Virus record (IMG/VR): IMGVR_UViG_3300046171_000231
Span: 124,001-188,000 of that record
Direction: 5' to 3' (one strand)
DNA length: 64,000 nt
Below the pieces are notes generated by a model. The model saw only the letters and a list, made by a program, of their open reading frames with translations, did not search any database and was not told where the DNA came from. Positions 18,280 to 27,830 of the stretch are shown piece after piece (within the stretch, counting starts at the first letter, position 1; each line of letters begins with the position of its first letter). Position numbers and translations under genes: made by a program.

Positions 18280-19652
18280 GAGCTTGTTACAGGATTTTCA
18301 TTTGCAGAAGAACCTATAAGTTCTTTTAGAAAGGCACCCTTCTCTACGTAATTACGATAATATAAGTATGGTCTACCTTTAGAGTCTTTTAAATTTTGAA
18401 CCATAGACCTCAACTGAATCAGAGTTTTATTAGACTCTGCCTCTTCAATAACTATTGTTGGCAGACCACTTTTACCAACATTAAATTTTACATCAAAGTT
18501 ATAATCTAATAATTTTTGAGACACATTTTTAAAATCATAAATTGTTGCTTCACCCCTATTTAAGTCAATTATTTCAACAGTGTTACCATTTTCATCAACT
18601 ACTCCTGCATTATCTCGTGTTGCAAATTGTTTAATTCCTGAACCCAATATAGACTTTGCTCCTTGTGGATTTAATTTTAATTTACTTCTAAGTTTATCTG
18701 CTGCTTGTTTATAGATATATTCCATTTTTTTTGCACCACTAGTTTTAGTTTGAAATTGTTGTTGTTCTGCTGACATATTTTCTTGAATAGCCGTAGAAAA
18801 AAATGTAGAGACAGCGGAAAATTCACCTCCACTTACTTGTCCAAATAAGGCAGTATCGTCAACTTTGAGAGATACATTTATATTAACACCTTTTAAAAGA
18901 CCTTTATCATTTGTTATTTTGACTTGTACATCAATCTTTGTACTCCTAGAATCTGATACTCCATCAGCTTTAACTTCAACTGTGTCAATTCTTTTATTAT
19001 AATATATTGTATTTACCCACTCTCTTACAACTTGTCTATCAGCATATTGGATTGACGCAGTAATATATTGTGCTAATGCCTCTATATTAGCAGGGTTTGT
19101 AAGAAAATTCATATTAGTTGGTTTCAGAACTATTGTAAGTCGTATTACATCTTGACCAGGTATACCAACATTAGGTGCAGTTCCAGTAAAAGTTGCAGTA
19201 TTTCTTGCTGCATTTACACTCAAACTACGAATAATATTTTTTACTGCTGCTGCATCAGTTTGTTTATTTCTATTAATAAATCTTGCTGCTAACGCTGCTG
19301 CAAAGACACCTTCAGCAATATCTCCTAAGTTACCACTTACACTAGTAGGTGCTGACAGTGATCCAAACTTAATTAATTTATTTTCAGTTGTCAATAAATC
19401 TATACCCATCGCAGCAGATTTCTGCCTTTGAGCAACATTTGTCACAAATGAATTTATTAAATTTTCTTGTCCCTTTTTTATAACAACACTTTGTTTATTT
19501 GTATATCGATTTGGATCTAATCTACTATCTTTCTTTTCATCATTCTCTCTTTTTATAGACAATCCCCTTTCAATACTGGCATTTAAATCTTCTACAAGAT
19601 TTCCCAATAATTTTATTAAGTTAACAGAATCTTTACTATCTAATCTTGCCAC
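18276..19652 (-). CDS. Hypothetical protein, possible PD-(D/E)XK nuclease fold
   Basis: GDIAEGVF...TKIDVQV...NVSLK spacing resembles PD-(D/E)XK catalytic elements. Confidence 0.45.
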   Translation of the reverse strand: MARLDSKDSVNLIKLLGNLVEDLNASIERGLSIKRENDEKKDSRLDPNRYTNKQSVVIKKGQENLINSFVTNVAQRQKSAAMGIDLLTTENKLIKFGSLSAPTSVSGNLGDIAEGVFAAALAARFINRNKQTDAAAVKNIIRSLSVNAARNTATFTGTAPNVGIPGQDVIRLTIVLKPTNMNFLTNPANIEALAQYITASIQYADRQVVREWVNTIYYNKRIDTVEVKADGVSDSRSTKIDVQVKITNDKGLLKGVNINVSLKVDDTALFGQVSGGEFSAVSTFFSTAIQENMSAEQQQFQTKTSGAKKMEYIYKQAADKLRSKLKLNPQGAKSILGSGIKQFATRDNAGVVDENGNTVEIIDLNRGEATIYDFKNVSQKLLDYNFDVKFNVGKSGLPTIVIEEAESNKTLIQLRSMVQNLKDSKGRPYLYYRNYVEKGAFLKELIGSSANENPVTSS

Positions 19653-19790
19653 TTACTTTTTCTTTTTATTATTTATTTCTAGATACGCTAACTTAATTTC
19701 TTTATGTCTTAAAATAATTTTCTTTGCCTCTGTCATTTCTTCATGATAAAAGACAATTGGTTGTTCGTGTAATCCTGCATCGCCACTCAT
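19653..19790 (-). CDS. Small hypothetical protein (45 aa)
   Basis: MSGDAGLHEQPIVFYHEEMTEAKKIILRHKEIKLAYLEINNKKKK*; ATGA overlap. Confidence 0.55.
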   Translation of the reverse strand: MSGDAGLHEQPIVFYHEEMTEAKKIILRHKEIKLAYLEINNKKKK

Positions 19791-19966
19791 TCTTCTTCTC
19801 CTAAACTTAACGGTTTACCAAAAGTTTTATATGTTAGTTGCTCTTTTAGGAAGTCAACTTGTAACTTTAAACTTTTGTTTTCTTTCTCAAGAACATCTAT
19901 GTGCTCTTCATATACATGAATCATACTTTGTAGTTCATTATTTTTTAATTCTAAGTCCCAGTCCAT
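19787..19966 (-). CDS. Small coiled-coil hypothetical protein (59 aa)
   Basis: MDWDLELKNNELQSMIHVYEEHIDVLEKENKSLKLQVDFLKEQLTYKTFGKPLSLGEEE*. Confidence 0.6.
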   Translation of the reverse strand: MDWDLELKNNELQSMIHVYEEHIDVLEKENKSLKLQVDFLKEQLTYKTFGKPLSLGEEE

Positions 19967-20004
19967 ACGGGTTATAGTATATTATAAATTTAATGTTTTC
20001 TTTA

Positions 20005-20415
20005 TTATCTGTCGTCTGCTGAACGATTCTCTGATTCATACACATTAAACTCTCCACCAGGATATCTTTTCTTTAACTTTTCTACGTTTCCTGCAACCAC
20101 ATCTTCAAGTGAAACATCGAGTGCTGCACAAGCTTGCATCACGTACCACATAACGTCACCCAACTCAATAATAAGATGTTCTCGATTGTCGTCGTTCCAA
20201 GGCTTACCTTGGAAAACCATCTTCTTGACGATTTCCATAAACTCACCACCTTCAGCACTAATCCCAACAGCAGCAGTAAGGAGCCTGTGAATATTGGCAC
20301 CCTTTCCGTCAAGGGAACTAATACTCTCAATAAAGCATTGATAATCCTTACTGGAATCGGATGTGACACCATCCACGAATAGAGCATACTTATCAAAGTC
20401 AATTTTTTTAGTCAT
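20005..20415 (-). CDS. mazG: MazG-like nucleoside triphosphate pyrophosphohydrolase
   Basis: GISAEGGEFMEIVKK...ELGDVMWY...NVEKLKKRY. Confidence 0.9.
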   Translation of the reverse strand: MTKKIDFDKYALFVDGVTSDSSKDYQCFIESISSLDGKGANIHRLLTAAVGISAEGGEFMEIVKKMVFQGKPWNDDNREHLIIELGDVMWYVMQACAALDVSLEDVVAGNVEKLKKRYPGGEFNVYESENRSADDR

Positions 20416-21793
20416 TAAAATTTAAATTCTGCGAACGATTTTTTAAAGGTTTCTTCTCTTCATCATTATACTCTTGTTCTGTTTTATTGTCAAGAATATC
20501 ATCCTGTGCTTTTTGTTCACAGTCATATAATCTCATCTTTGCACGATCTACACCCACAACAAATCTTTTGTAGATGGTTGGATCATTATATCTATTCTTC
20601 AATTGTTTGACCATTATTTGCCCAAGACCCTCAAGCTCCTCTGTACTAATAAGAGCAAACATAAGATCAGCAGTGGCGGGAAGACCGAACGACTCGCTTG
20701 TGTCAGTAAGATCAACATCACTACTACCGAAACCAGAACGAGTCGTCTGAGTAGCGGAGACGATAGGTACATTAGCCTCAACTGCAAGACCACGGAGTTC
20801 TTCAGCAATGGCTTTAATATACGAGTAAGAATTGACATTGTTGTTTGTGCGATAACGAGATGATGCACATATATTCAGATAATCTATGAATATTATATCA
20901 GGAGTAAATGACTTCTTCAGTGCGAGTTCATTTAACAATGATTTAAAATGACCTGAATGTGCAGATGCAGTAGGATACTCTTTAATTATAAGAGTTCCTT
21001 GAGTTTTTTTACTAATATTATTTACCTTATTTTCAAACATAGGTTTGGGTAAATCAGTAATGTCTTGTATATTAACATTCAATAAATTTGCATCTATTCT
21101 TTCTGCAATCTTTTCTTCTGCCATTTCAAGAGTAATGTATAGAACATTTTTACCTTCTAGAAGGACAGAACTAGCGTGATGGCACATAAACAAAGACTTA
21201 CCTACACCAGTACCCGCAAGTGCAATATTAAGTGTTTTGTTTGGGAGACCTCCCTTTGTAATTTTATTAAAGAGTTCTAGATCAAATTGAACCCTACTTT
21301 CTTTTCTATGATATGACTCGTATCTTGCTTCATAGTCTTCTAAGTAATCGTGCCCTACATGATTATCGAAAGAAACAGCCAGAGCATCAGAGAGAATGTT
21401 AGGAATAGCATCCCTTCCTTTTTTGTCATCTTGTCCATCTGCTAGTGCAATCGACTCCATAAGTGCCAAATATATAGCACGATCACGACACCATTTCTCA
21501 GTTGAATCAAGTAACCATTGACTATCTATTGGTGCATCATCAAATATTTTTGTAGTATCTCTTGCTTCTTTTATTTCTGTTTCTGTTAAGTCAGTACGAT
21601 TCTCAATCTCAATATTCAGTGCTTCAACTGTAATCGCAGCATCATACTTGACAATGAATTGTGTTACCTCTTCAAATATTATCTTTTCAGTTTTATTCTC
21701 AAAATATTCTGGTTCAATGAATGGAATTACTTTACGAGAGTATTCTTCATCAAAAATCAGATTACGAAGAATAGTGGTCTCAATTCGTTCCAT
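20408..21793 (-). CDS. gp41: Replicative DNA helicase (T4 gp41)
   Basis: Walker A LAGTGVGKS; ITLEM, DYLNI and KQLKNRY motifs. A likely frameshift in the last codons hides a KKSFAEFKF* tail. Confidence 0.95.
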   Translation of the reverse strand: MERIETTILRNLIFDEEYSRKVIPFIEPEYFENKTEKIIFEEVTQFIVKYDAAITVEALNIEIENRTDLTETEIKEARDTTKIFDDAPIDSQWLLDSTEKWCRDRAIYLALMESIALADGQDDKKGRDAIPNILSDALAVSFDNHVGHDYLEDYEARYESYHRKESRVQFDLELFNKITKGGLPNKTLNIALAGTGVGKSLFMCHHASSVLLEGKNVLYITLEMAEEKIAERIDANLLNVNIQDITDLPKPMFENKVNNISKKTQGTLIIKEYPTASAHSGHFKSLLNELALKKSFTPDIIFIDYLNICASSRYRTNNNVNSYSYIKAIAEELRGLAVEANVPIVSATQTTRSGFGSSDVDLTDTSESFGLPATADLMFALISTEELEGLGQIMVKQLKNRYNDPTIYKRFVVGVDRAKMRLYDCEQKAQDDILDNKTEQEYNDEEKKPLKNRSQNLNFND

Positions 21794-22789
21794 ATGAATA
21801 CTGTTCTTTTGCAATATTATCTAACTTTTCCATTATATCATCTGTAAAATATTTGTCTGGATTTTTATATATTTCTTTAGCATATACTTTTTTTCCATTC
21901 ATTTCATATCTACCTGCAACATTTTTCCAGAGACCACCTATCTCCCCTAAGTCTAAAAGACCATAGTATTTGTCTAGTCCTCTTTCATCATAATAAAGAC
22001 GAACTTCAACTTCTTTATTTTCTCTACTTAAACGTGACTTATGAGTCTTTGCCTTGATAATGTTTCCAATGACATCTTTTCCGTCTTTTTCTTTCTTCTT
22101 GGTAAGATAGATGATTGTAGATGCAGCATACTTGAGACCGCTGCCTCCTCCCATTTCTTTAGTTGGGACGTAAGATCCGATAACGTCATAGGTGTGATTA
22201 GTTACTATAAGTGGAATGTTTGCTTGACCAAGTTTGAGTGTAAGCATTCTGAATGCTCCTTTGACAAGTTGAGATTTGGTCATATCTCGAACCATCTTAT
22301 CATTTAATGTGTCGGTAATTTCTTTCTCAGTTGAAAGCATACCTAGAGAGTCTAACACAAACATACAAGGTTTGCGATTCTCTTCTTCTGTCTTAAGGTA
22401 TATATCTACTGCCTTTAGTGCCTTACCACGAAACTGTTCGATTCGTTACGACATTGACAACAACCAACCGTGCTGTATCAATTCCACGAGACTGCCAAAA
22501 GTCCTTTGGTGACTGCAGCTTCAGTGTCAAAATAGAGGCAATACCCATCAGGATTAGTGTCCAAAAAGTTTTTGACGACAGCGAGAGAGAAGTAAGTCTT
22601 TCCAGTAGAGCTTTCGCCAGCGATAGCAGTGATCTTATTACTAGAAACACCACCATAAATGGAACCGCTAACCACTGCATTAAAGATGTGTGATCCTGTG
22701 TCGATGAATCTTTCTGTTTCATCTATGTCTGCTGCAATTTTGGTGAAATCATCTCCGATCTCCTTAACTATTTCTTTCAAAAAATCCAT
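21780..22789 (-). CDS. uvsX: RecA-like recombinase UvsX with two +1 frameshifts (~22492 and ~22442)
   Basis: Walker [10 protein letters not shown] and VLDSLGML. Removing one G and one A restores [34 protein letters not shown]. Confidence 0.9.
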
Positions 22790-22790
22790 A

Positions 22791-22949
22791 CTAACTTTCT
22801 TTGCGATGATGTACTTCAACGTATGCTTGGCACTTAGGACAAGAGAGATTACTTACAAAGTCATATGCATGATCTTTGCCATAAAACTCTTCTTCTAAAT
22901 CGTGGTCTCCACCCCAGATGAGTTCAGTACCACAGTGCCAACAATCCAT
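22791..22949 (-). CDS. Small zinc-ribbon protein (52 aa, not in ORF track)
   Basis: [17 protein letters not shown]...[12 protein letters not shown] with two CxxC pairs. Confidence 0.7.
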   Translation of the reverse strand: MDCWHCGTELIWGGDHDLEEEFYGKDHAYDFVSNLSCPKCQAYVEVHHRKES

Positions 22950-22958
22950 TTTATTTTT

Positions 22959-22987
22959 ATTATACTATTTTTTCACTCAAACGTCAA
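22959..22987 (-). promoter_or_regulatory. Sigma70-type promoter for the zinc-ribbon/uvsX/gp41 operon
   Basis: TTGACG-17 nt-TATAAT. Confidence 0.75.
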
Positions 22988-22989
22988 GG

Positions 22990-23160
22990 TTATATTGATA
23001 TTCCTTTTTCTTCACGCAGTATTTTTTTGTAAGGTCCGTCAGGGTTGTTATCTCTAACATCTTTGACTTCTTTCAGTAAATGATACAATCGTGCATCTCC
23101 TCCAAGAGAAAGAGCATTTACGATTGTTTCTAAATCGTTATCATTAATAGGTAATTCCAT
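22990..23160 (-). CDS. Small hypothetical protein (56 aa)
   Basis: MELPINDNDLETIVNALSLGGDARLYHLLKEV...; TAATG overlap with the gp43 stop. Confidence 0.6.
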   Translation of the reverse strand: MELPINDNDLETIVNALSLGGDARLYHLLKEVKDVRDNNPDGPYKKILREEKGISI

Positions 23161-25661
23161 TAGGAAAAAAATAGTTCTAAGTTTACAGTTTTTTCAACAT
23201 TCCACCCAATTGCATCTAAGATTGTTCTGAGTGGTTCAACAAAACTTTTGTCAAATTGTAAGTCGTAATCGACATACTTTTCAAGGTCAAGTTCTCTAGG
23301 AAAATCTTGAATGAATGATATTACATTCTCTTGAATAATATTTGGTTTTTTCAAATAGAGAAATTTGACCTTTTCTCCATTTCCAATAAGTGAGTACTTA
23401 TTATCAATCTTTTTCGCTTTAACATAATGATTAAACAATAATGCACCCCGTATATGTATAGGAGTTCCCTTTGCATAAATCGTAGAAGTCGCTTTATACT
23501 TCTGAACATTTGATGCAGTGCGAGGAAAAGCAATCTCTTCTGGTGGTAGCTTTTTGAATTGTTTTCTGGACTCATCAATAAATTCAATGACATCTTCTTC
23601 AGTGCCATTCATCATCAACTTGAGTGCACTTTTAATTAATGCACGACAAGGTGCAGGAGTTGAAGATTTAACTGCTTCAATACCCATCATCTTGAGATTT
23701 GGTTTTTCATATCGAACACCTTCACTATCCCACACATTTAAAATATATCTTTTCTTTGCTGTCCAGATGCCACGGTCTGCGATATTCTCTCGCTTCATAA
23801 ACATCTTTTGATCATAAGCATTTACGTAGTTCGCCAACGTTTCATAAGAACTCGTAATATACTTCTCAAGTTCCATTTCACAGATCTTATTAAGGAACGA
23901 CACAATGCTTTGATTAGTCGTCTCTCTCCCTTTGTATACAGTTTCGACCAAAGGACCAAGATTAAGGTAGATGGAATCAGTATCGCTGGCAATAACATAG
24001 TCTTCACCCTCCGTTTTGAGTATTTTGTTTAAGTATGCATTCATTTTGTTTTCTATCCAACGAATAGAAACCTGCCCTGATAAGGTAATTGCTTCCGCAT
24101 TTGCTAATTTGTAATAGCGGAAGTATTGATTACCAATCGCACCATAGGCAGAGTTAAGAGAAATCTTCTTTGCCATCTGGATATTATTGCAACGGGCAAT
24201 CTCTTTAGTCAGTTCAACTGTAGGAGTTTTTTCATATGCTTTCTTTGCCTTAATCATCCTCTTCTTGAAGATGACCCTTTCATTATACATCTTCTCCATC
24301 AGCTCTGGTAAGAAACCACGAACATCCTTTCGATACATTGCACCATTTGCACAAACAGCATTTTCTTTGTACATCTCAAAAGTCAAATCTTCATTAAGAA
24401 TTTTATCAACCGTAACAGAAGGATGTCTTGTATCTAATAAAGTTTCTGGTGAAATATTGTATTGCATAATCAAATGCGGATATAGACTATTCAAGTCAAA
24501 TGATACTACCCAATCATATTTGCCAGGTATTGGTTCTTTTACATATGCACCTGCATACTTATCATTTTTATGTGACCTATTCTTTGGAGGTATAACAATA
24601 TTTCTTCTCTTCAAATAATTGTAGATAATCGTATCCCACATTCTTACCTGATAAAATACATCTTCATAGTTGACCTTCGCATCATATGCCATTGTCAATG
24701 CAAGCTCAATCAACTTCATCTTGTCCTCAAGACGGTCAACAAGTTCCACGTCAATGATGTTATATTCTACAAACTTTTGCCATCCTTGAGTATAGAAGTC
24801 TTTGAATGTATCAAATTCTGAGTGGTCAAGTTTCTTTTGTCCAAGTTCAACAGATGCAATATAATCTAATCGATATGACTCTTGTGCCTTATAAGTAAAC
24901 TTCTTATATAAGTCAAGATAATCTAACTGCGATACACCACCAATATCATAAGAAATTTGTTTACGACCCATTATATGAGTTTCTTCTTCAGTTACGAGAC
25001 CCCAAGGTGACATTCTCTTCTTAAGTTTCTCACCAAGTATTCTGTCAATACGACGACAGAGATATGGAATATCATAAAACTTACTATTCCAACCAGTGAT
25101 AACTTCTGGTGTATTATCTTCAATCATCCACCAGTTGATGAAATCTGTTAGAAGTTCATATTCTGTAGTGAATGATTTATAAGTAACATTCTCTTGCTTA
25201 TTATTAAATGCACCAAGACCCCAAGTGCGTATTTGTTTTGTTGTATAATCTTGTAATGAGATAAGTAATATTTCTTCTGCAGCAGATTCTACATCAGGGA
25301 ATCCATATTCTGATTTAACCTCAATATCAATTGTAGTTAATTTAATTCTTTCAATATCAAACTTTAATTCTTGCTCTGGATATTTGTCCGAAATATATTG
25401 ATAGATAAATCTTTCATTACCATAGATGTTAAAGTTTTCAACCTCATTATAATTTTTAATAAAGTCTCTACATTCACGAACTGTACCAGGTTCAATTGGT
25501 TCAACGGGCAAACCGTCAAGTGTTTTATATTTTGTCTTTCTTTTTGAATCTACAAATAATGTTGGATAGAACTTTTCACGAGTAGCAAAGTGCTTTCCAT
25601 CTTCATATCCACGAACCAAGAAATTATCTCCGACCATTTGGACGTTGGTATAAAATCTCAT
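23160..25661 (-). CDS. gp43: Family B DNA polymerase (T4 gp43)
   Basis: Exonuclease DIE; SFDLNSLYP, KISLNSAYG and ASDTDS motifs. Confidence 0.98.
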   Translation of the reverse strand: MRFYTNVQMVGDNFLVRGYEDGKHFATREKFYPTLFVDSKRKTKYKTLDGLPVEPIEPGTVRECRDFIKNYNEVENFNIYGNERFIYQYISDKYPEQELKFDIERIKLTTIDIEVKSEYGFPDVESAAEEILLISLQDYTTKQIRTWGLGAFNNKQENVTYKSFTTEYELLTDFINWWMIEDNTPEVITGWNSKFYDIPYLCRRIDRILGEKLKKRMSPWGLVTEEETHIMGRKQISYDIGGVSQLDYLDLYKKFTYKAQESYRLDYIASVELGQKKLDHSEFDTFKDFYTQGWQKFVEYNIIDVELVDRLEDKMKLIELALTMAYDAKVNYEDVFYQVRMWDTIIYNYLKRRNIVIPPKNRSHKNDKYAGAYVKEPIPGKYDWVVSFDLNSLYPHLIMQYNISPETLLDTRHPSVTVDKILNEDLTFEMYKENAVCANGAMYRKDVRGFLPELMEKMYNERVIFKKRMIKAKKAYEKTPTVELTKEIARCNNIQMAKKISLNSAYGAIGNQYFRYYKLANAEAITLSGQVSIRWIENKMNAYLNKILKTEGEDYVIASDTDSIYLNLGPLVETVYKGRETTNQSIVSFLNKICEMELEKYITSSYETLANYVNAYDQKMFMKRENIADRGIWTAKKRYILNVWDSEGVRYEKPNLKMMGIEAVKSSTPAPCRALIKSALKLMMNGTEEDVIEFIDESRKQFKKLPPEEIAFPRTASNVQKYKATSTIYAKGTPIHIRGALLFNHYVKAKKIDNKYSLIGNGEKVKFLYLKKPNIIQENVISFIQDFPRELDLEKYVDYDLQFDKSFVEPLRTILDAIGWNVEKTVNLELFFS

Positions 25662-25909
25662 TACGCAGTTAGTTCAGTATATTTGTCCTTAATTGTACCA
25701 TTTGGGTCTGCAATCGTCAATATATCTTCAGCACGAATCATAAACTCTGTTTGATTTGTAATATCTGCTTTCCAAGGCTTCATATCATCAATACCATTAT
25801 AGACATATGGTTTGATTAGTTTACAATTAGGATCACCCAATTGAGCATCTACTTCTACAATCTCTGTAATCAAAGTACAGTGAGCATTTAACATTACACA
25901 TTTAATCAT
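25661..25909 (-). CDS. Hypothetical protein (Sm-like beta fold)
   Basis: Resembles the adjacent upstream ORF; coupled to the gp43 start. Confidence 0.6.
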   Translation of the reverse strand: MIKCVMLNAHCTLITEIVEVDAQLGDPNCKLIKPYVYNGIDDMKPWKADITNQTEFMIRAEDILTIADPNGTIKDKYTELTA

Positions 25910-26249
25910 CTTCTTCTTCCTCTTCTTCCTTCATTTCAAAAGTCTTCAATTTATCTAGGTATAATTGAGTTACTGAATTAAGCGGTTCAACAACAGTTAA
26001 TACACTATCTACAGGTATTATCATTTGGGTATCTTGAGATAATATTATCCACGGTAGTAAAGTAACATTAATACCAAAGTCACCATCTTTCTTTTCTTCC
26101 TCAGTCATAAATTGTTTTTCATTTATCTCAACTGTATGAGGATTTTCAAGTAAGTATGCTTGTGGTTCATCTTTTCCCTCTGCAGATAATTCTTTCATTT
26201 CTGAAATTAATTGCTCACCAGTTTTAAGTAAAGTAAGTTTGATTGACAT
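25902..26249 (-). CDS. Hypothetical protein (Sm-like beta fold)
   Basis: MSIKLTLLKTGEQLISE...LLENPH...PWIILS pattern. Confidence 0.65.
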   Translation of the reverse strand: MSIKLTLLKTGEQLISEMKELSAEGKDEPQAYLLENPHTVEINEKQFMTEEEKKDGDFGINVTLLPWIILSQDTQMIIPVDSVLTVVEPLNSVTQLYLDKLKTFEMKEEEEEEDD

Positions 26250-26265
26250 TTTTCTATCTAATTAA

Positions 26266-26323
26266 CTGGTAGATTCCTATAGCCGCTTATGCTGAACCTA
26301 CCAAAGGGCATAACCGCAGCCAG
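26266..26323 (-). ncRNA. Putative H-type pseudoknot in a 5' leader
   Basis: UUAUGC/GCAUAA stem crossed by a 10-bp helix UGGUAGGUUC/GAAUCUACCA; the G-U pairs are only valid on the minus strand. Confidence 0.65.
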
Positions 26324-26341
26324 TATTTCTCTGACAAATAT

Positions 26342-26370
26342 ATTATAGCACAACTTTTCCAATTGTCCAA
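26342..26370 (-). promoter_or_regulatory. Sigma70-type promoter overlapping the purM 3' end
   Basis: TTGGAC-17 nt-TATAAT with an extended -10 TG. Confidence 0.6.
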
Positions 26371-27275
26371 CTTTTATATCCAAATGCATCTATTGTATCG
26401 TGAGTATCAATTTCACTTTGCTCTGGTATTACCACACAATACCCAATACCAAGATTAAAAACTTTTTTCATTTCCTCTTCTGGTATCTCACCTGCTGACA
26501 TTATCTTTTGAAATATTTTAGGTAACGGCCAAGAATTATAATCAATATCTGCCTTTAATCCATCAGGTAAACATCGTGGTAGATTCTCTGGAATACCACC
26601 CCCAGTAATATGTGCCATACCTAATATAGGAACTTCATTTATAAGTTCCATTACAAGTGGAGCATAGATATGAGTTGGTGTTAAAAGTTTTTTCGTTGCT
26701 TTTAATTTTTTCTGTCTTATTAAATGATTAACTAAACTGTAACCATTGCTATGAATACCACTACTTTCGATTCCGATTATAAGGTCTCCTTCTTGAATAA
26801 TTGAACCATCAATTATTTCAGATGACTCAACGATTCCTGTACTAAATCCTGCGAGGTCAATATCAAAAGTCATTGGATGTTCAGCAGTTTCACCACCAAT
26901 AAGTTCAACACCTGCTAACTCACAACCTTTAATGATACCTGTCATAATATCATCTACAACAGGGTTTATTGTGTTTAGAGAAATGTAATCTAAAAAATAT
27001 AAAGGTTTTGCACCACAAGTAATAATATCATTGACACACATTGCAACCAAGTCAATACCTATAGTTTTATAGTTATCTAAACGATTACAAATACAAATCT
27101 TTGTTCCAACTCCATCAGTACCAGAAACTAAAATAGGTTCCTCATATCCACGAGGAACCTTATACATACCACCGAATCCACCGATGGTAGGTACTTTTTG
27201 TTTTAGTCTTTCAACGAAAGCATTACCTGCTTCAATATCAACACCCGATGATTTATAGGTAGTTTTTTCTTGCAT
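26343..27275 (-). CDS. purM: Phosphoribosylformylglycinamidine cyclo-ligase (AIR synthetase)
   Basis: YKSSGVDIEAGN, GTDGVGTK, MCVNDI, GGETAE, HSNGYSL and HITGGG motifs. Confidence 0.95.
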   Translation of the reverse strand: MQEKTTYKSSGVDIEAGNAFVERLKQKVPTIGGFGGMYKVPRGYEEPILVSGTDGVGTKICICNRLDNYKTIGIDLVAMCVNDIITCGAKPLYFLDYISLNTINPVVDDIMTGIIKGCELAGVELIGGETAEHPMTFDIDLAGFSTGIVESSEIIDGSIIQEGDLIIGIESSGIHSNGYSLVNHLIRQKKLKATKKLLTPTHIYAPLVMELINEVPILGMAHITGGGIPENLPRCLPDGLKADIDYNSWPLPKIFQKIMSAGEIPEEEMKKVFNLGIGYCVVIPEQSEIDTHDTIDAFGYKSWTIGKVVL

Positions 27276-27687
27276 GATGTTCTGGAACTATCTTACCCAA
27301 TTTGACGGTAAGTAATCCATCTTTAAATAGAACCTCTCTGACTTCAATATCTTCTGATAGTGACCAGGTTCTGTTGAAAGATCTCTGAGCCAGTCCTTGA
27401 TAGACATACTCGGATTCTTTCTCTTTTTCTTTTTTCTTTCCTTCAACAATAAGTTTTCCATATTCAGTATAAACATGAAGTTCATTTTTACTAAATCCTG
27501 CTAATGCTATTTCTAGTATTGATTCAACATTATTTACGTGAATAAGATTGTAGGGTGGATAGTTTGTTGCGGTTTCGTAAGAATTGAAAAAATTATCTAG
27601 GTATGAGTCCATACCAATTCCATTCTTAGAAATAATCTTCATTAGTTCTGGAAGATTAGCAGAGTGATACTTCTGTAGTGAAGTCAT
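27253..27687 (-). CDS. hsp20: Small heat shock protein (Hsp20/IbpA-like)
   Basis: NYPPYNL, LEIALAGF, GLAQRSFNRTW and DGLLTV alpha-crystallin motifs. Confidence 0.93.
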   Translation of the reverse strand: MTSLQKYHSANLPELMKIISKNGIGMDSYLDNFFNSYETATNYPPYNLIHVNNVESILEIALAGFSKNELHVYTEYGKLIVEGKKKEKEKESEYVYQGLAQRSFNRTWSLSEDIEVREVLFKDGLLTVKLGKIVPEHHARKNYL

Positions 27688-27750
27688 AATAGTTCTCCTT
27701 TAAAAGCGAGTGTAAATTGTGTCCCCGAAGGCGACATTACTAATTATAAC
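27688..27750 (-). promoter_or_regulatory. hsp20 extended -10 promoter and structured 5' UTR
   Basis: TGT-TATAAT at 27743-27751; cUUCGg hairpin; CUCGCUUU-U-AAAGGAG hairpin occluding the Shine-Dalgarno. Confidence 0.6.
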
Positions 27751-27785
27751 ACTAACGTCTTAATTAAGAGTGTAGAAAACCGCAT

Positions 27786-27830
27786 AAAAAAAGACCCTCT
27801 GCCCCACTCTCTGAGTTGCATCTTAGGTCT
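27786..27830 (-). terminator. Putative intrinsic terminator downstream of manA
   Basis: AGACCU...GGGUCU stem followed by U7. Confidence 0.55.

Noticed and set aside
26266-26323. HDV/theta, hammerhead, SAM-II/V, preQ1 or ZTP identity for the pseudoknot
   Set aside because: No room for HDV P3/L3, no CUGAUGA/GAAA core, and the known riboswitch consensus nucleotides are absent by eye; left unassigned
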